Shown piece by piece: positions 21,120 to 31,500 of a DNA stretch of 64,000 nt. The stretch lies in the NCBI GenBank assembly GCA_000004985.1, contig GG738872.1; one strand, written 5' to 3'. The number at the start of each line of letters is the position of its first letter. Positions within the stretch are counted from its first letter, which is position 1. Under the pieces are notes generated by a model that was not told the origin of the DNA, searched no databases, and saw only the letters and a list, made by a program, of their open reading frames with translations. The DNA is from Naegleria gruberi. Taxonomy: Eukaryota. The translations under genes and the position numbers were made by a program.

Positions 21120-23316
21120 TTAAAGATCTGAATTGTTAGGATTTGAATCTATAACACTCGACAAGTAACCAGCATCACCTGGATCATTATAAGAGAATCC
21201 AGAAAATGATGGAGATTGAGATGCTTTGAAAGGAGTTTTTGGCATAATCATTCCTTGTTCCTTAGCATTAAGTAAATTATCAGCTACGAGTGTTCCATTT
21301 TCAGAAATGTTATTACCCAAAATCTTTTGAAGATTTTCATTTGGATTATCAGAAAGTGGTGGTTTAAATGGAGGAGGAATTTGTTTTTGTAACATTAAAT
21401 CCCAATCAATATCATCAAAGAATGGATGTGATTTGATTTCTTCAATTCCATTAGCACCTAATCTTTCTTCTGGTTTCTTTACAAGTAATCTGTCCAATAA
21501 ATCAACCACAACACTTCTTTCAACTGGTTGAGCATATTTTACACCCTTGATTGGATCATCATAAACAGTGATAGTCCTCGAAGTGGCTTCTGTAATTTCC
21601 TTTGGATAAACTGGATGTGTATGAATAATTTGTTCGTACAATTCTTTTCTATTGCTACCACGGAATGGTGATCTACCTGTCAAAAATTCAAATAACAAAA
21701 CACCCATTGACCAATAATCAACTGCTTTACCATGTGGCATTCCTTTGATAATTTCAGGCTGTTTCAAAATATATTATTAAATTCAAAAAAAACAGTTATA
21801 TTTAAAAATATATAAATATATATTAATAATATTTAAATAATAAATAAATAATAAATACATGAGAAAAGATAATAACTACTTACACTAAGATAATCAGGAG
21901 TACCACAGAAAGTTCTAGTTTTTGTACCTGAAGAATTACCACCAACACTGGTAATTCCTTCTTTAGCAAGACCAAAATCTGTCAATTTGATGTGACCGTC
22001 AGAATTCAACAAAATATTCTCAGGTTTCAAATCTCTGTATATAATATCATTACTATGAAGATATTCAATAGCAAGAATAACTTCACACAAGTAAAATTTG
22101 GTCAATTCCAATGGGAAACGATGAACTCTTCTCAAATGGCCGAACAATTCACCTCCAGGAATAAATTGTAAACACACTATTGTTATCAATATTAAAATTT
22201 CAACATGAATGGGAAAGAAGTTCAAGTTTCAAATCACACTAAAAATCTCAATATCTACTTACTGTACAATTTGTCTTCAGCTTGGAATGAATGATACATT
22301 TTGATAATGAAAGGATGTCTATGATTTGATAAAACTCTCTTCTCTGTAATTGTGTGTTCAACTTGATTTCTTCGTTTAATTTCAGATTTATCCAAAACTT
22401 TGAGTGCATAAATTTGACGAGTGTCCTTCTTTCTCACAAGACAAACCTTTGAAAAACTTCCTTCACCAATAACTTTTAACAATTCAAAACTGTGAATTCC
22501 AATCTTTTTACCCATAAAAGCAGCCAATTGTTGTTGTTGATGCAAAGTTGGAGCTTCATGATCTTGACCACCAAATTGACCAGTAGAAGAAGAGGAAGTA
22601 GAAGAATTACCACCACTACTGACATTTGTAGTACTACTACTACTATTACCAATAGTAGTAGAAGTAGAGGTACTAGTATATTGTTGATCGATTCCTTTTG
22701 TTGTTATTGTGGAAATGGCTGTGGCTGTAGGAGTAATGTGACCTGAAGGAGAAGAATTGGATGGTGGATTGAAAGTAGAAGCCATATTCATTTGTGAAAC
22801 ATAATCACCAATATATGCTCCATATCCATTGTATTGTTGTGCATTATTAATTGGTAATCTATCACTGTACAATTGATAAAATACCTTTGTAATCCTATCC
22901 AATTGTTCATCAGATTCACATTCAAATTGATATTTCTTAATAACTTTTAAAAACAGAGTTGGTTTACCACCACCATTATTATTAGAATTGGTATTTGATA
23001 AAGATTGACTTGATGACAAATTTGTTGTTGGTGTTGAAACTTGAGAAGATGAATTGGAAGCATTATTTAGTGGTCCTGGTTCAATTCCAAATAAATCTGT
23101 TATATGAAAATACCACTGTCTTGATTTACCCTTCATATTTGAAATACCATCATCAGAAAAAACTAATTCTCTCTTTTGACGAGCTCCTCTACGGTTGATC
23201 TTGACTAATTCAAAGGAAATACGTGGAGTTTGTTTAGAGAGGATATCTTGTTGAATTTCACTCCCTTTTCCTTCTTTACCACCCCAAACTTTTTCAAATT
23301 TTCTTCTTACGGACAT
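21120..23316 (-). CDS. AGC-family Ser/Thr kinase with an N-terminal PH-like domain (Akt/PKB-like). Three exons: about 22263..23316, about 21886..22176 and 21120..21758.
   Basis: Exon 1 carries GEGSFSKV and ALKVL. Exon 2 carries [23 protein letters not shown] and TFCGTPDYL. Exon 3 carries [20 protein letters not shown] and an AGC C-terminal tail with FSGFSY. Introns are GTAAGT...AG, 86 and about 126 nt. Confidence 0.8.
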
Positions 23317-23912
23317 TCGTTAACTTTCTAATTTTCTTCTCCTCAAAGTAAAAAATTAATTTACCTACTAGTATGGATGATGAGTTATTTATACAGAAGA
23401 AACACACAGGATGGTCCAATTAACAAAACAAAGTAGTAGTTGTTTTGATCCAAGAAGACAATCGTGTATTTTTTTTTGAAAATGGTGATTGACATTGACG
23501 ACTGTCATTTGTTGTGTTTGGAATATGTTGTCATAGAGTGGTCAGGTAGAACTCAGGCAAAACAAGTTTTGAGGAACGAAATTGGATTTGGATAGGAGAA
23601 TGACATTTGTAAGAATCATGATAATTGACTCAAATGTTGAGAGTGAAATTTTTCACTTTATTTCCAATCAAAGAAAATTTACAGAAACAACAAGGAAAAT
23701 TGTTCAACTTGTTTGTTCAATTTCTCTATCATTTCAATAAGAAAGTGTTTAATTTTTTTACATAAAATTCATACTCCTAACGATACATTACCATTCTGTA
23801 TCATTTCATTGCACTTTCAATGCAAATTATCAAGCTAATAGTCAACTAGTATCGTCTTCCATTTCCCAATTCAAAATAGAAATTTAAAAAATTAAAAAAA
23901 TATTAAAAAAAA

Positions 23913-25472
23913 ATGTTGGCAACTCCATCAACACCACCTCAGCAACAACAACAAGCCAATACTACTACCACCACAACTACAACAACATCCTCCTCAACAT
24001 CGGCTGTTTCTGGTGGTGAAGATCAATTGTTGAAATTTTTTGCTAGCAAATTATCGAGTCTCAATGTACCTACATCATTAGAAGCATCATCATCGGAGGA
24101 TAAAGCAAATAATCCAATTAATAAGATTGTGTTTGCTGATTTGGAGAAGGAATTTTCAGATATTGTTGGTAAATTATTATCGAATGAGGATGTTTGTAAA
24201 AAAGTTGATTTGTTCTTGTTAGATTTATTCACAAGTGAAAAGAGTACACAATCAACAAATTCTGATTACGAATTGTATGAAAATTATATTAGAGTTGCCT
24301 ATTATTTATACTTGTTGAGTAGTAGAGAAAGCACAAAGAATAATTTTGATTTAATATTATTACAACATGTTCCTATTTGTCTCTATGTTTATTTCCAAAC
24401 TAAAAACAATTCCAAACTTGATGAAACTCAACAATTATTCCTCTCTAAAATTGAATCTGTACTCTTACTGATCTACAATAATGAAGGTGTTAAGAGACGT
24501 GAAACACCTGATAATGAAAAGACCTTGACTTTTATTGCAAGTCAAATTAATGGTATTAAAACAAGATATAATAATACTGAAAAGATTAATGCAACTATAA
24601 CACCATCAAAGTCGGATCCAACTCTTTCCACAAGTTTATTATTGGGTTCGTCTCATGCCAATGAAGATTTTTACACTGGTATTTCATCTAAAACACTCTA
24701 TGTTAGAAGTGAACTCATGAAAAATCAAGAATCTCTCTATCCATTATTTTTCAGAGATCACGAAAGTTCTCTCCCACTTGCAACTGAAATTAATGATAAG
24801 GTTTTAGGAGTTGTTTGCCAAACATTTTCAAAGAGATTGGATGTTTTGTCATTAGGGTCAATTTTCACATTTATGAGAGTTGTTCAAAAATTAGTTTCAC
24901 AAAAAGTACCATACAGAATTCCTACAATGGAACAAGTTGAAATTATTAGAACTAGAAATGAACAAGCCAAGAAAATTATGGAAGAAAGTTTGAAAGTTAT
25001 CAGAGAAGATACTACTCATGAATCTCAATCAGCTGGTACATCAGAATTCACTAGTTCAATTAGTGAAACTGAAATTCAACTTGATATTGAAACTCCAACA
25101 CCAAAGAAAGATAAGAAGAAGAAAATGTACTATCACGAATATCTCACTCAACTTGATTTAATAACAATGTATTCTGAACATTATGGAGATGTGGAATCTA
25201 ACGAATCCACAAATGAGCCAGTCAATGCAAGAAGAATTCCTCTCTCTGAGAGCTTTATCAATGAAACACTTGCCGTTCTCAAACATACCTCCCAAAGTTT
25301 GGACAAGTTATCCCAACAATATGCTCCACAAGATTTATTTGGTTCAAAACAAACTTCATCTAAGGCAGTTATTGTTGAAGTATTGTATGCTGTTTATTTG
25401 CGATTAATTTATGATTTTGTAGATTCTAGATCACTGTTACAAGTTCAGTCAATGCTAAAAATGTTAGATTAA
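23913..25472 (+). CDS. hypothetical protein (519 aa) with poly-Q/poly-T N-terminus
   Basis: Long ORF with coding-like composition. No motif recognised. Confidence 0.5.
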   Translation: MLATPSTPPQQQQQANTTTTTTTTTSSSTSAVSGGEDQLLKFFASKLSSLNVPTSLEASSSEDKANNPINKIVFADLEKEFSDIVGKLLSNEDVCKKVDLFLLDLFTSEKSTQSTNSDYELYENYIRVAYYLYLLSSRESTKNNFDLILLQHVPICLYVYFQTKNNSKLDETQQLFLSKIESVLLLIYNNEGVKRRETPDNEKTLTFIASQINGIKTRYNNTEKINATITPSKSDPTLSTSLLLGSSHANEDFYTGISSKTLYVRSELMKNQESLYPLFFRDHESSLPLATEINDKVLGVVCQTFSKRLDVLSLGSIFTFMRVVQKLVSQKVPYRIPTMEQVEIIRTRNEQAKKIMEESLKVIREDTTHESQSAGTSEFTSSISETEIQLDIETPTPKKDKKKKMYYHEYLTQLDLITMYSEHYGDVESNESTNEPVNARRIPLSESFINETLAVLKHTSQSLDKLSQQYAPQDLFGSKQTSSKAVIVEVLYAVYLRLIYDFVDSRSLLQVQSMLKMLD

Positions 25473-25527
25473 ATATAAATTTGTAGATTCACGTAATTTA
25501 TTGTTTGTACAAATAACAACACTATTC

Positions 25528-27579
25528 TCAAACACGGTTAAGGGATCTGTTAAAAAGCACTTGTCTATCTTGATCTTCATCTAATAATCTTTGCAAATGA
25601 GGTTGAATATCTCTAATGTCTGTATTCATGTTAAAATGTAAACCTTCTGACATTACAAAGAATTCTGTTTGAACAACCTTCTTTCTTCCTACCTCAAATA
25701 CACTTTCAATTTCGTCAAGGAAATCAGAAATCATCTCTTTTCTTTGCTCATGAGTACTTTCCAGAGTCATTTTGAAAGCTAAGAATAAACAAGCAGCTGC
25801 AATTCTCTTTCTATTTGTTTTGTGAACTAAATTCTTAAGAATCATTTTTTCTAAATAAACATAAGCTAATGCTGCAATGGTCAATTCGTCAGGTTTTTGT
25901 TTCAAAATGACCTTAAGTATCCTTCTTTTAAGTTTTCTAATTTTTGAAAGACTTAGCAAGCAATGTTCATGTTGTTGTCTAAATTGTTCATTCAAATCCT
26001 TCTTTAAAGCTTTTGATTTAAGGAAAGGAATGGTAGAAGTCATAAGACCAGGGAAAGTCATAACTTTTCTCTTACTTGCAGTTCTAATATTTGGATCATC
26101 TAAGAAGAGTGGATCATAGGCTTCACACTTCAAAGGTTCCAAAATATATGATCTATAACTTGTTGGTTTTTTGCTAACAGTAATTGCCTCTAATTCCATT
26201 TGCTTACTAATCAATTCCTCACTGGTTAATGTGACATCAACCAATGTATGATCCACTACAGGAGAACAAAGAGTTGGAATACTTGTAGCAGAAGTTGGAA
26301 GTGGAGTACTACCTGTAGATGAATTTGGAAAAGTACTTGGATTTTTCTTTGGTTTAATGAAAGAACAAACCAAAAATGGAATGGATGAATTCTTTTGCAT
26401 CAAGTGTAAACGACGTATATAATCATCTTCATTTGATTCATCAACTTCTTTTTGGTTTTCAATATCTGGAGATTCATTGGTTGAATCAAATACTTCATCC
26501 ATTGTGTTAATTTGCTTCAAGAACTTTGGCAGAGTTTTTGGTATGGTGCTTGTATTACCATTACTTGTTTTCAAAGTAAACTGAGTTACATTCTTTTGTT
26601 GACTTTCTTGAACATTCTCTAAACTTTCTACTTTCTTCATTGGAATATTAGAAAGGAAATCAAGAGCTTTTGTTTTTGTTTTGTGTGCATGATGATGGTG
26701 TTTGGGATGAGGATGATGCAACTGATTATAACGATGATGATGGTGATGATCCGGGAGTTTTTTGTCATTGTTGTTATTGTGAAGTTTAGTTTTTGAAGTT
26801 AGTTGATCATTTTGTTCAATTGGTTTTTGTTCAGAACCATCAACAATCGGATTTGCAATTGTTTTTGGTTCAGGATTTGGAATATTTACAGTAAGTTTTG
26901 AAGAATGCTGTTTTGTTGCATTGCTGGATGAATTTTCCAATATTGTGGTTGTGGTGGCAGTAGTAGATGACACCACAATAGTATAGGCACCGTTTGATTT
27001 GTCTTCTGTTGGAGACTCTAATCTACTACTAGCTGTGTATCCTCGTGGTCTTGGACTCACATTTGTGATTGCACTTTTAGTTGTTGTTGTAATCAAATTT
27101 GGTGGTGAGGAACTTATTGCATGGCTTCTACTACCGCCACCACCACTGCTGCTATCAGTAATGGTTGGTTTTAAAATAGTACCAGATGATTGTGTATGGG
27201 CATGGGAATCTCTATTTACGTGTTCGGTTGGAATGTTATTCAAAAAGTTGAGAGCTCTCCTCTTCTTCTTATCGTTATGAGATTTGTGATGATGGTGGGA
27301 GTGATGTGGTTGTTTATGACTGGTATTTGTTGTAGTGGATTGTTTGCTATGGGAATGAACCATGTGTGATGATGAAGGTGAAGTTGAAGGTACGCTTCGA
27401 TCACTTGAAGAAGATGAATTGGAGTGAGTACTTCCACTCCTATTCTTGGACGGGTTAGGGGGTTCAGCTTCATTAGAACCCAACGTCGATGAATCTTCTA
27501 GCAGATCAGCTCCTGATCCAGCACCATTCTTTGAATGTTTAAACGCTGATGAGTTTGAATTTCGGAAGACTAAATTCAT
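25528..27579 (-). CDS. cyclin-box-like C-terminal domain protein (CABLES-like) with S/T-rich and poly-His tracts
   Basis: The C-terminal 200 aa (KVILKQKPDELTIAALAYVYLEKMILK...RIAAACLFLAFKM) resemble a cyclin fold. HHHHKSH and HHHHH tracts. Confidence 0.45.
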   Translation of the reverse strand: MNLVFRNSNSSAFKHSKNGAGSGADLLEDSSTLGSNEAEPPNPSKNRSGSTHSNSSSSSDRSVPSTSPSSSHMVHSHSKQSTTTNTSHKQPHHSHHHHKSHNDKKKRRALNFLNNIPTEHVNRDSHAHTQSSGTILKPTITDSSSGGGGSRSHAISSSPPNLITTTTKSAITNVSPRPRGYTASSRLESPTEDKSNGAYTIVVSSTTATTTTILENSSSNATKQHSSKLTVNIPNPEPKTIANPIVDGSEQKPIEQNDQLTSKTKLHNNNNDKKLPDHHHHHRYNQLHHPHPKHHHHAHKTKTKALDFLSNIPMKKVESLENVQESQQKNVTQFTLKTSNGNTSTIPKTLPKFLKQINTMDEVFDSTNESPDIENQKEVDESNEDDYIRRLHLMQKNSSIPFLVCSFIKPKKNPSTFPNSSTGSTPLPTSATSIPTLCSPVVDHTLVDVTLTSEELISKQMELEAITVSKKPTSYRSYILEPLKCEAYDPLFLDDPNIRTASKRKVMTFPGLMTSTIPFLKSKALKKDLNEQFRQQHEHCLLSLSKIRKLKRRILKVILKQKPDELTIAALAYVYLEKMILKNLVHKTNRKRIAAACLFLAFKMTLESTHEQRKEMISDFLDEIESVFEVGRKKVVQTEFFVMSEGLHFNMNTDIRDIQPHLQRLLDEDQDRQVLFNRSLNRV

Positions 27580-28254
27580 AATACAATTTTTTTAATCAAT
27601 AAATATAATTATAATAATCAATATAACAATAATAATAGATTTTCAACACAGCGATATTTGATGATACTATGTGTGATATTCAATAATAAAATCTTCTTCT
27701 ATATGAAGAGGGTTTGATGATGATTTTCTTTTTGAGGTAGCGACAAATCCGCAGTCAATAATAAACACTATTCAATATAAAAACAATAATTGCGTTGCGC
27801 AGCGTGATGTTGTTTTTTTGAGGGACTTTTCTTGCTCTAATAAAAGATTTCCCAAAGAACCACGCACTCAAGCAAAAAAATAACACCGCCACCAAATGTT
27901 TTATCAATTCCAATCAAAACTGGATTTGTTGATTCGAATGGCATGTACTTGAAGTGGTTGAATGTGTTAAAATGTTGAATGAACATTTTGAGAAGTTATT
28001 AAATATTGTGTGGAATGCTTATTATCGTTGTGAACCACATGAATTTGATTCATATGGAAAATAGTTTAATTTAGTAAAAGGTATGTTTCATTCAAATAGA
28101 ATAACTTCATATTAATGAGCTGTAAGATCTATTTGTAAAAAATAAAACTTTCAATATGTACATATAAACAGTGGGATTCATATTAAGAAAGTTTGGTGTT
28201 GTTAGATAATGAATTCAACAACAAAATGTTCAAACGTTATGAAACATATGAGAA

Positions 28255-28327
28255 GCCGACATAGCTCAGTTGGGAGAGCGTAAGACTGAAGATCTTAAGG
28301 TCCCTGGTTCGATCCCTGGTGTCGGCA
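28255..28327 (+). tRNA. tRNA-Phe (anticodon GAA)
   Basis: GCCGACATAGCTCAGTTGGGAGAGCGTAAGACTGAAGATCTTAAGGTCCCTGGTTCGATCCCTGGTGTCGGCA is near-identical to canonical eukaryotic tRNA-Phe. Perfect 7-bp acceptor stem. One T.T mispair in the T-stem. Confidence 0.9.
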
Positions 28328-28329
28328 AA

Positions 28330-28333
28330 TTTT
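28330..28333 (+). terminator. Pol III T4 terminator immediately downstream of tRNA-Phe
   Basis: TTTT at 28330..28333, three nt after the discriminator base. Confidence 0.5.
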
Positions 28334-28531
28334 GGGTTGACCAGCAAAAAGTTTTAAGGTGTTGTCTTATAATAGTAATTAGGATGTTCTATTATCCTGC
28401 ATTTACTAAATAATTTCAAAATACAAATACCTTTAGAGATAATTGGGATAAAATATAAGAACCATTGAGAGGTGATTTAATGTTTAGATACTTTAACCAA
28501 ACTCAACCTAAAAACTAATAAATTGTGTTTA

Positions 28532-31500
28532 TTAGAAAGTTCTTGTTGTATCATTATCAAGTGGAACAATCTTATTCATCAAGTTACGAATAGGGAAGAA
28601 TTTTTCACTTCTTCCAGTGAGTGAACTAACAATCACATGTGTAGCATATGCTCTGTAACCGTTATCCTTATCGCACAATAAATTGAAAGTAACCTTAAAG
28701 GTAGGTAAAATCTCCTCAGAATGAATCAAAACACTTTCCTGTTGTTGAACTTCGTAATTGTACTTGATTTCTTGCATAGTAATTCTCTTTGGTGGTAAGA
28801 ATCCCTTTGGGCCTGCCATTCCCAAAGATAGGAATTTTCTCTGATTATTCATGCATTGATAGGCAAAAGCTTGAACCCTATTGACTGTGTCATAGACCAT
28901 ACAAACAGATCTATCATTCAAACCATTCAATTCCACATTATTAAATGATTCTTCAGTGTGTAGAGGCAAATCATTGGAGTAAGGAACAACATAGGTCATT
29001 TCCAATTCTCTCTTCTTTCCCTTCGAGTCTTCAATGCTTAAACGAACTTGGAGAGGATTAGGATAACATGTTGGAAGATATCTATCAGCTGGTTTCATAC
29101 GAGCGGAAAGTCCTTTGCATGGCAATTCAGAAGTCACAAAGTACTCCAAAGTGGCACCTGCACCAATATTGAAAGTGTCCAAGAACACTTCATTAACTTG
29201 ATTATAGTCTTTCACGGCAATGATTTTGAATGAAAATGGATCTTCCTTTAAAACTAAAACACCATCATTGTAACCTGCTTGTGTACCATCCATGGCTACC
29301 CAATTTCCGTTGGAGTCCTTATACTCAACCATAATTTTGGTTACAGAGAGAGGTGTGCTTGAAGAATTAACAAAGTAAACTTTTGTTAGAGTAAAGTTAC
29401 ATTCGAAAGATGGTTCATTTCCAACCGTACGTTGACTGTGAATGTTTTGGAGGAGGCAAAAGAATTCATGTCTATCAGAAAGACGTGCCAAACTTGGAAT
29501 TCTCAAACGAATATCACTATCACCAGAATCTGAATAAACTTTCAATGTGGATGGATCAATTGGTTTTGGAGTTTGAATTGGCTTATCAATCACTTCCTTA
29601 TGATTTTGCTCAATAAACTTGTTATAATAATCAATTAGACTCTTTTCGTCTCCTAGAATTGATTGCTCATCTAGTTTTTCATTTTCTTGAATGATGGTCT
29701 TATACTTGGTCTCTATTGGAGTGTATGGAGCTAGAGCATACAATCTAAACATACCAAGGACAATATTTTGTCCATTTCCTCTTTCTAATTTCCAATATCT
29801 TGCTTTAACCCCATCATTTATAGTTCCATCATATTCTTCAGTTTGTGGAAATTGTAAAACATTCAATTTAGGATGAGTTTTGACATTATTAAGGGTGGTC
29901 AATAAAATCCAAGGATCTTCTTTTCTGACTTTGTAGTAGAGTGTGACATTGTTGACATTCAAAGCTTGATAGGACTTTTCATAAAGGGAATGAGTTAAAA
30001 ATTCTACACGTTTAAAGAGGTGAGCTTGTTCATATTCAATTTCAATTGAAGATTTGTGTATATACAAATCATTAATTGCACAGACTCCAAATGAGCAAGA
30101 GCTATCAAGCATACCGCTAATACAATTGTCAGCATATCCAATTTGAGGATTAGAGCTGCTCAATAACTTAACTGGAACTACATTTACTTCAGTACCTTGA
30201 TAGGTGGAGAGGTATGAAGCTCCGATTTCTTTCTTTGGTGGAATGACACCAATCAGATTTTGTATTGGTGTGTATGGAGCATAAGCAAACATTTTCAACA
30301 TTCCAAAGCACACATCACCTGAATGAGGACGATCGAATTTCCAGTATCTGGCCTTGGTTCCATTCAACTTGACAAAGGTATGTTCACCATTCTCCCCAAC
30401 ATTTTGAATGGTTGTAAACAATGTCCATGGTTCTGATTCTTTCAACTTGTAGGAAACGTTGACATCTTTCAAGAATTCACTTCCTCTATTAAAGCCAAAG
30501 TTTTGATGAGCAAACAATTCCATATATCTGAACTTGAAAACTTGCCCAAAATCAAATGAAAATCGAGGCTGAACTGTATTTGTTGTACCCATTCCAAACA
30601 TTCCCGATTCATCTAATAATCCAGGAATGGTATTATTGAAATAGTCATCCAACATGGTTGAAGTAAAGCTGACAGGGGCAACAAGATTAATCTCATTGCC
30701 AGTATATTGAGGTTCATACTTTGCGAGCTCTGCCTCTCTAGTCAAAACCTCACCAGTTTTGGTCTTGTATGCAATGTATGGAGCAAGGGCATACATACGT
30801 AACATTCCAAATGAAATACGTTCTATTGTACCTCTTGGTCTGGAGAATTTCCAATATTTGGCAGTAACTCCATCCCCTGCAAGTTGAATGGTATTCTTGA
30901 CTCGATTGATCTTGACATTTTCAAGTGTGAGAGCTGGAATCCATGGTTCAAATTCTCTGACCTTGTAGTGAACTTCAACTTTGTTTAAATAATCTCTTTG
31001 AGGAGAATCTCCGTACATTGGACATGCAATAAATTCAAAATGTTTGAATACATATACAGCATCAAAATTAAGAATCATATGACTTCCATATACTCTTTCG
31101 GTGGTGTAACCATAATCAGCAGTGTCATCTAAAAGACCCTCAATGGTATTATCATTTCTGTCAGTTTTAGATCCTGTAATTCTTAATGGAGCCACAACAT
31201 TGATTTCATTTCCTGTATAGGAAGGTTTCATTAATGCTAATTCCTCTTCCTTTCTTAAAATAGTTCCATTCATTGTCTTGATTGGAATATATGGAGAAAG
31301 TCCATAGAATCTCACCATTCCCAAAACAACATTATCCATTCCACCCTTGGAGAATCTCCAAAATTGTGCCTTTAAATCATTTAACTGAATAGTATTGGTA
31401 TGGAGGTCTCCATTCAATCCGTTTAAGGTTGTTACATTTGTCCATTGATCGCCTGAGTTTAGCTTGCATGAAATTTTAACATTGTTAAGCTTAAGGTCAG

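Noticed and set aside
27580-28254. Possible additional small gene or ncRNA in the 675-bp ORF-free interval upstream of tRNA-Phe
   Set aside because: Only very short ORFs are present (the longest is about 30 aa). No convincing splice chain or RNA structure was found. It is most simply the promoter region of the divergent cyclin-like gene.
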